Assembly (NCBI GenBank): GCA_963693365.1
Contig: CAVNZM010000011.1
Location: 558,001 to 622,000 of the forward strand
Length of the DNA stretch: 64,000 nucleotides
From: Amoebidium appalachense
Taxonomy: Eukaryota; Protista; Ichthyosporea
Reading direction: 5' to 3'
Shown in pieces: positions 60,963 to 64,000 of this stretch (the first letter of the stretch is position 1; every line of letters starts with the position of its first letter). The translations under genes and the position numbers were made by a program. The notes under the pieces were generated by a model. That model saw only the letters and a list, made by a program, of their open reading frames with translations. It did not search any database and was not told the origin of the DNA.

Positions 60963-61379
60963 TTTTTTTTTTTTTTCGAAGTGTAAAAAATACGTAGGTT
61001 GGCATATATAAGTTTCGGTGTTAAATGCCGTAATACATATACCGCTCTAGTACGGCCGCGGGTGATAGGATGGTATGTACTACCACCGAATTGATTACCA
61101 AAACATCATACTTGAAAATTTGGCGGGCGGCGTATTATTACCGTAACAGCATTGGATAATCGGCCGATTATTAATCCTAAGGTAATACTAATATTACGGT
61201 ATTATTGAAAACGGTAATATTACTGACCTTATTGCGCAATAATAGCCCCGGCTTCCTGTAAAAAACTGTACACATGAACTGTACATGTTTACTAAAGAAT
61301 GTGATGTACTAGCACACGCTTCGTGCTTTGTCACGAATATCACACCCACCCGGCCAACAACAACAACAACAACAACAAC

Positions 61380-61451
<72 letters not shown>

Positions 61452-62344
61452 AAAAAAAAAAAAAAAAGGAAAGAAGGAAAGAACAGAAAATAGAAGTGAA
61501 AGCCAGTAAACCGTACAACCGCAATGTAAAAAACCCTCTATGCCCGGCAGGAACACCACCTCAAAAAACCCCCTGCCACTCATTAATAAAATAAGAAATC
61601 TAATTGGAGAACAGGTATACGCGTAAAGCTACTTTTCTTATTTTTTCCCGATTTCGGTAAAGCTACTTTTCTTATTCGTGGAATTCTTATTCGCGGACGC
61701 CGTCTGTAGCTGGCCGGGGCAGAACAGGGGACTCTTGGCAGCTCCATGCAGGCCTCCTTCAGTGGGCACAGCGTGACAGCAGGTGACTGATGGGCACTGG
61801 GTGCCACGTGACCACGGTACACCCGGCACAGTCGCAAAGGCCACGTGCAATGATTGGCTTTTCACGCACCACTTCAATTTCATTGGGTTAAAAATATCAA
61901 GAATTACCAAAAACAGCTAGAATTACATAATTTCGATTGGTATGTATGAGTTTTCAATTAGTCTACATTGATGCCTACTCCTCAGACTCGCATTTCCTAG
62001 CTGCGTTTCCTATAACTCAGTGATGTCATAGGTGGTCGCCTGAATGAGACTTTCCCGATCACCGTTTGCTGTACATGTACCACGGGACTTGCACGTGTAC
62101 ACAACTGTGAAGTGTAAGTATTCTGAAGTCAACCTGTAACAGCTGAACACAGTGACTTTTTAGCCTAGCACCCTACGTATACCGGGGTATAGCTCAGGGT
62201 AGGCAAAGCGAAGGCGTAGGCGCTAGACCCGAGGTATAAGCGTGCAAGTTCAGGCCGTAGGAATACACGTTTTGTGTAGCACCTGCCATCGCAGCACACC
62301 CGGTAGACAAAACATGCGCACATAGGCGCCTCACACGCTCCACT

Positions 62345-62891
62345 ATGTCGTCGCTAGCAGACCAATTGAAGAAGCTTGCCGCCCGGCCGCAGTTCCGCGG
62401 CGGCAAGGAGCGGCCGTCGCTGCTGTTTGAGGGGCGGCAGGCGGCCGAGCTTGACCTGGACACGGTCTATGAGCTGGCAGTCAACGGCCTGGCCGAGCTA
62501 CGCACCCACAAGTATGCCTCTCATTACCTTCGAAATTCCTTTATACAACTTCCAGCCACACGCACATCTCCGAGTTGCGTGTTAAAATAATGATCACTTT
62601 CCTCCTCCCACGGCTCAACTGGGAAGCATCACCCCCCATCCCACCCCCAACCCCAACCTCCCTTCTCACCGTGGCTGCCTCCCTACCATAGCACTTTTCT
62701 CCTCTCCCTCTTCCCGTCGTCTCTAACAGTAAAGTTCTCTGTTCCCCCTCTCACTGCTTCTGGCATGCTGCCCAGTGTCCTTCTTTTCTCTTGCCATTCA
62801 CTTCCGCACTGCCCTTGCACTGACTTGCTACAAGCACTTAGACGCTCGCAGCACACTGCCTCCCCTACACTGCCTCCCTCATTCTCCCCCC

Positions 62892-62933
<42 letters not shown>

Positions 62934-63080
62934 CTTCCTGCCCCCCTTTTGCAAGTCTCGTACATGGATGGCCGCCTGCAACTGGCTCGTCGTTGTGTTT
63001 CAAAAGCGGCGCAGCCCCCTCCCCCTCCCCCCACGTTCTCCCCGTTCCCCCCTCCCCCCCCCCCTCCCCCCCCCCCCCCC

Positions 63081-63112
<32 letters not shown>

Positions 63113-63569
63113 CCCCCGGCCCCTCGGGCCCCACCCCACTTCCCTTCTTTCCTCCGCCTTTCCGCCTGCCCGCCTGTTACTTCCTTGGCTCCTCGTTCCA
63201 CAAGTGACTTCTGAGGCAATCTTACTCCCCCCTCCCCCCCCCCTCCCCCCGCCCCCTCCTCACCTTCGCCCCTTTGGCTCCAACACGACCACCCCATACA
63301 AACATACCCACCCAGACTGTACTGTCTTCAGCTCGAAACGTACACCTATTCATCATCCTTTCTCCTCACACAGTGAAGCGTTTGAGCAGTATGAAGACAG
63401 CCTGTTTTCGCTGCGGCACAAGGGCACAGAGAGACTGCAGCTCACGGCAGCAGAAAACAAAGACCTGAGCGAGCAGATAGCAAACTACTGCCGCCTCCTG
63501 TCGCCGTATTTCCTGCTGAAGGCAGCACAGAAGACCGTGGAATATCTGATTAGGCGCTTCAGGGTGGAG
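62345..63569 (+). CDS. HEATR1: U3 snoRNP/SSU processome protein UTP10 (BAP28), first two exons; continues beyond the window
   Basis: Exons 62345-62511 and 63374-~63569 give MSSLADQLKKLA...RPSLLFEGRQAAELDLDTVYELAVNGLAEL...FEQYEDSLFS...ER...ENKDL...LSPYFLLKAAQKTVEYLIRRFR, the conserved UTP10 N-terminus. Confidence 0.93.
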
Positions 63570-64000
63570 GTGTGTATGTTTGTACCTTTGCACTTGTGTG
63601 TGCGTGTGTTTGTGTGTGTGTGTGTGTGTACGGGCGATGCAGTGTGTGTGCTTGCAGGTGTGCATGCATGGTTGGTTCCTGTGTGCCCTAGTGTGTTCCT
63701 GCGCGCTTGTGTGTATGCATGCGCTTGTGTGGATGAGCACATGTGGGGTTTGTGGAGGGGGTGCGGGAAGGGCGGGGGGGGGGGGGTGGGGGGGGGGGGG
63801 GGGGGGGTGGCGACGCAAAAGGTCTGCCAAATGGATGGCTTGGTTGTTGTGTGTACGGAGGCTTGTGTTCGTCACGGTCTCTTCTATTTGTCCCCCTCCC
63901 CCCCTCCCCCCTCCCCCCCTTCTTTTTGAAGGGGGTAGAGGGGGGGGATTTTACATCCTTCTTTCCACTTGTAGCAGCCGCTCTCCCCCTCCCCACGTCC

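Noticed and set aside
61623-61695. 20-bp direct repeat GTAAAGCTACTTTTCTTATT (x2) with CTTATTCG echoes
   Set aside because: Probably a MITE subterminal remnant; no ends or function can be assigned.

Overview
Eukaryotic, intron-rich genomic DNA. Nearly every intron carries long poly-G/poly-C tracts and (CA)/(GT) microsatellites, so most ORF-track entries are spurious. The organism is probably a unicellular eukaryote; this is inferred from sequence style and cannot be confirmed here. Spliced gene models built by hand: 3' part of GTF2H1/TFB1 (+); a secreted Pro/Thr-stalk protein with ricin-B-type lectin repeats (-); a secreted tandem PAN/apple-domain protein (+); an F-box plus ankyrin-repeat protein (-); a WD40 protein resembling CDT2/DTL (+); a head-to-head pair of ABCG half-transporters (-/+); HROB/MCM8IP (-); and the 5' end of HEATR1/UTP10 (+). 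The most unusual structure is a 3.46-kb segment (57171-60634) bounded by TAG...CTA inverted ends with clustered ATGAGTAAC motifs. It has no visible transposase but encloses a spliced gene for a small secreted protein, so it is a candidate gene-capturing (Pack-type) DNA transposon. Also notable are the ABCG5/G8-like divergent transporter pair and a highly base-paired ~160-nt intronic element with a partial second copy 44 kb away. Exon boundaries and homology calls come from reading and recall, not from database searches.
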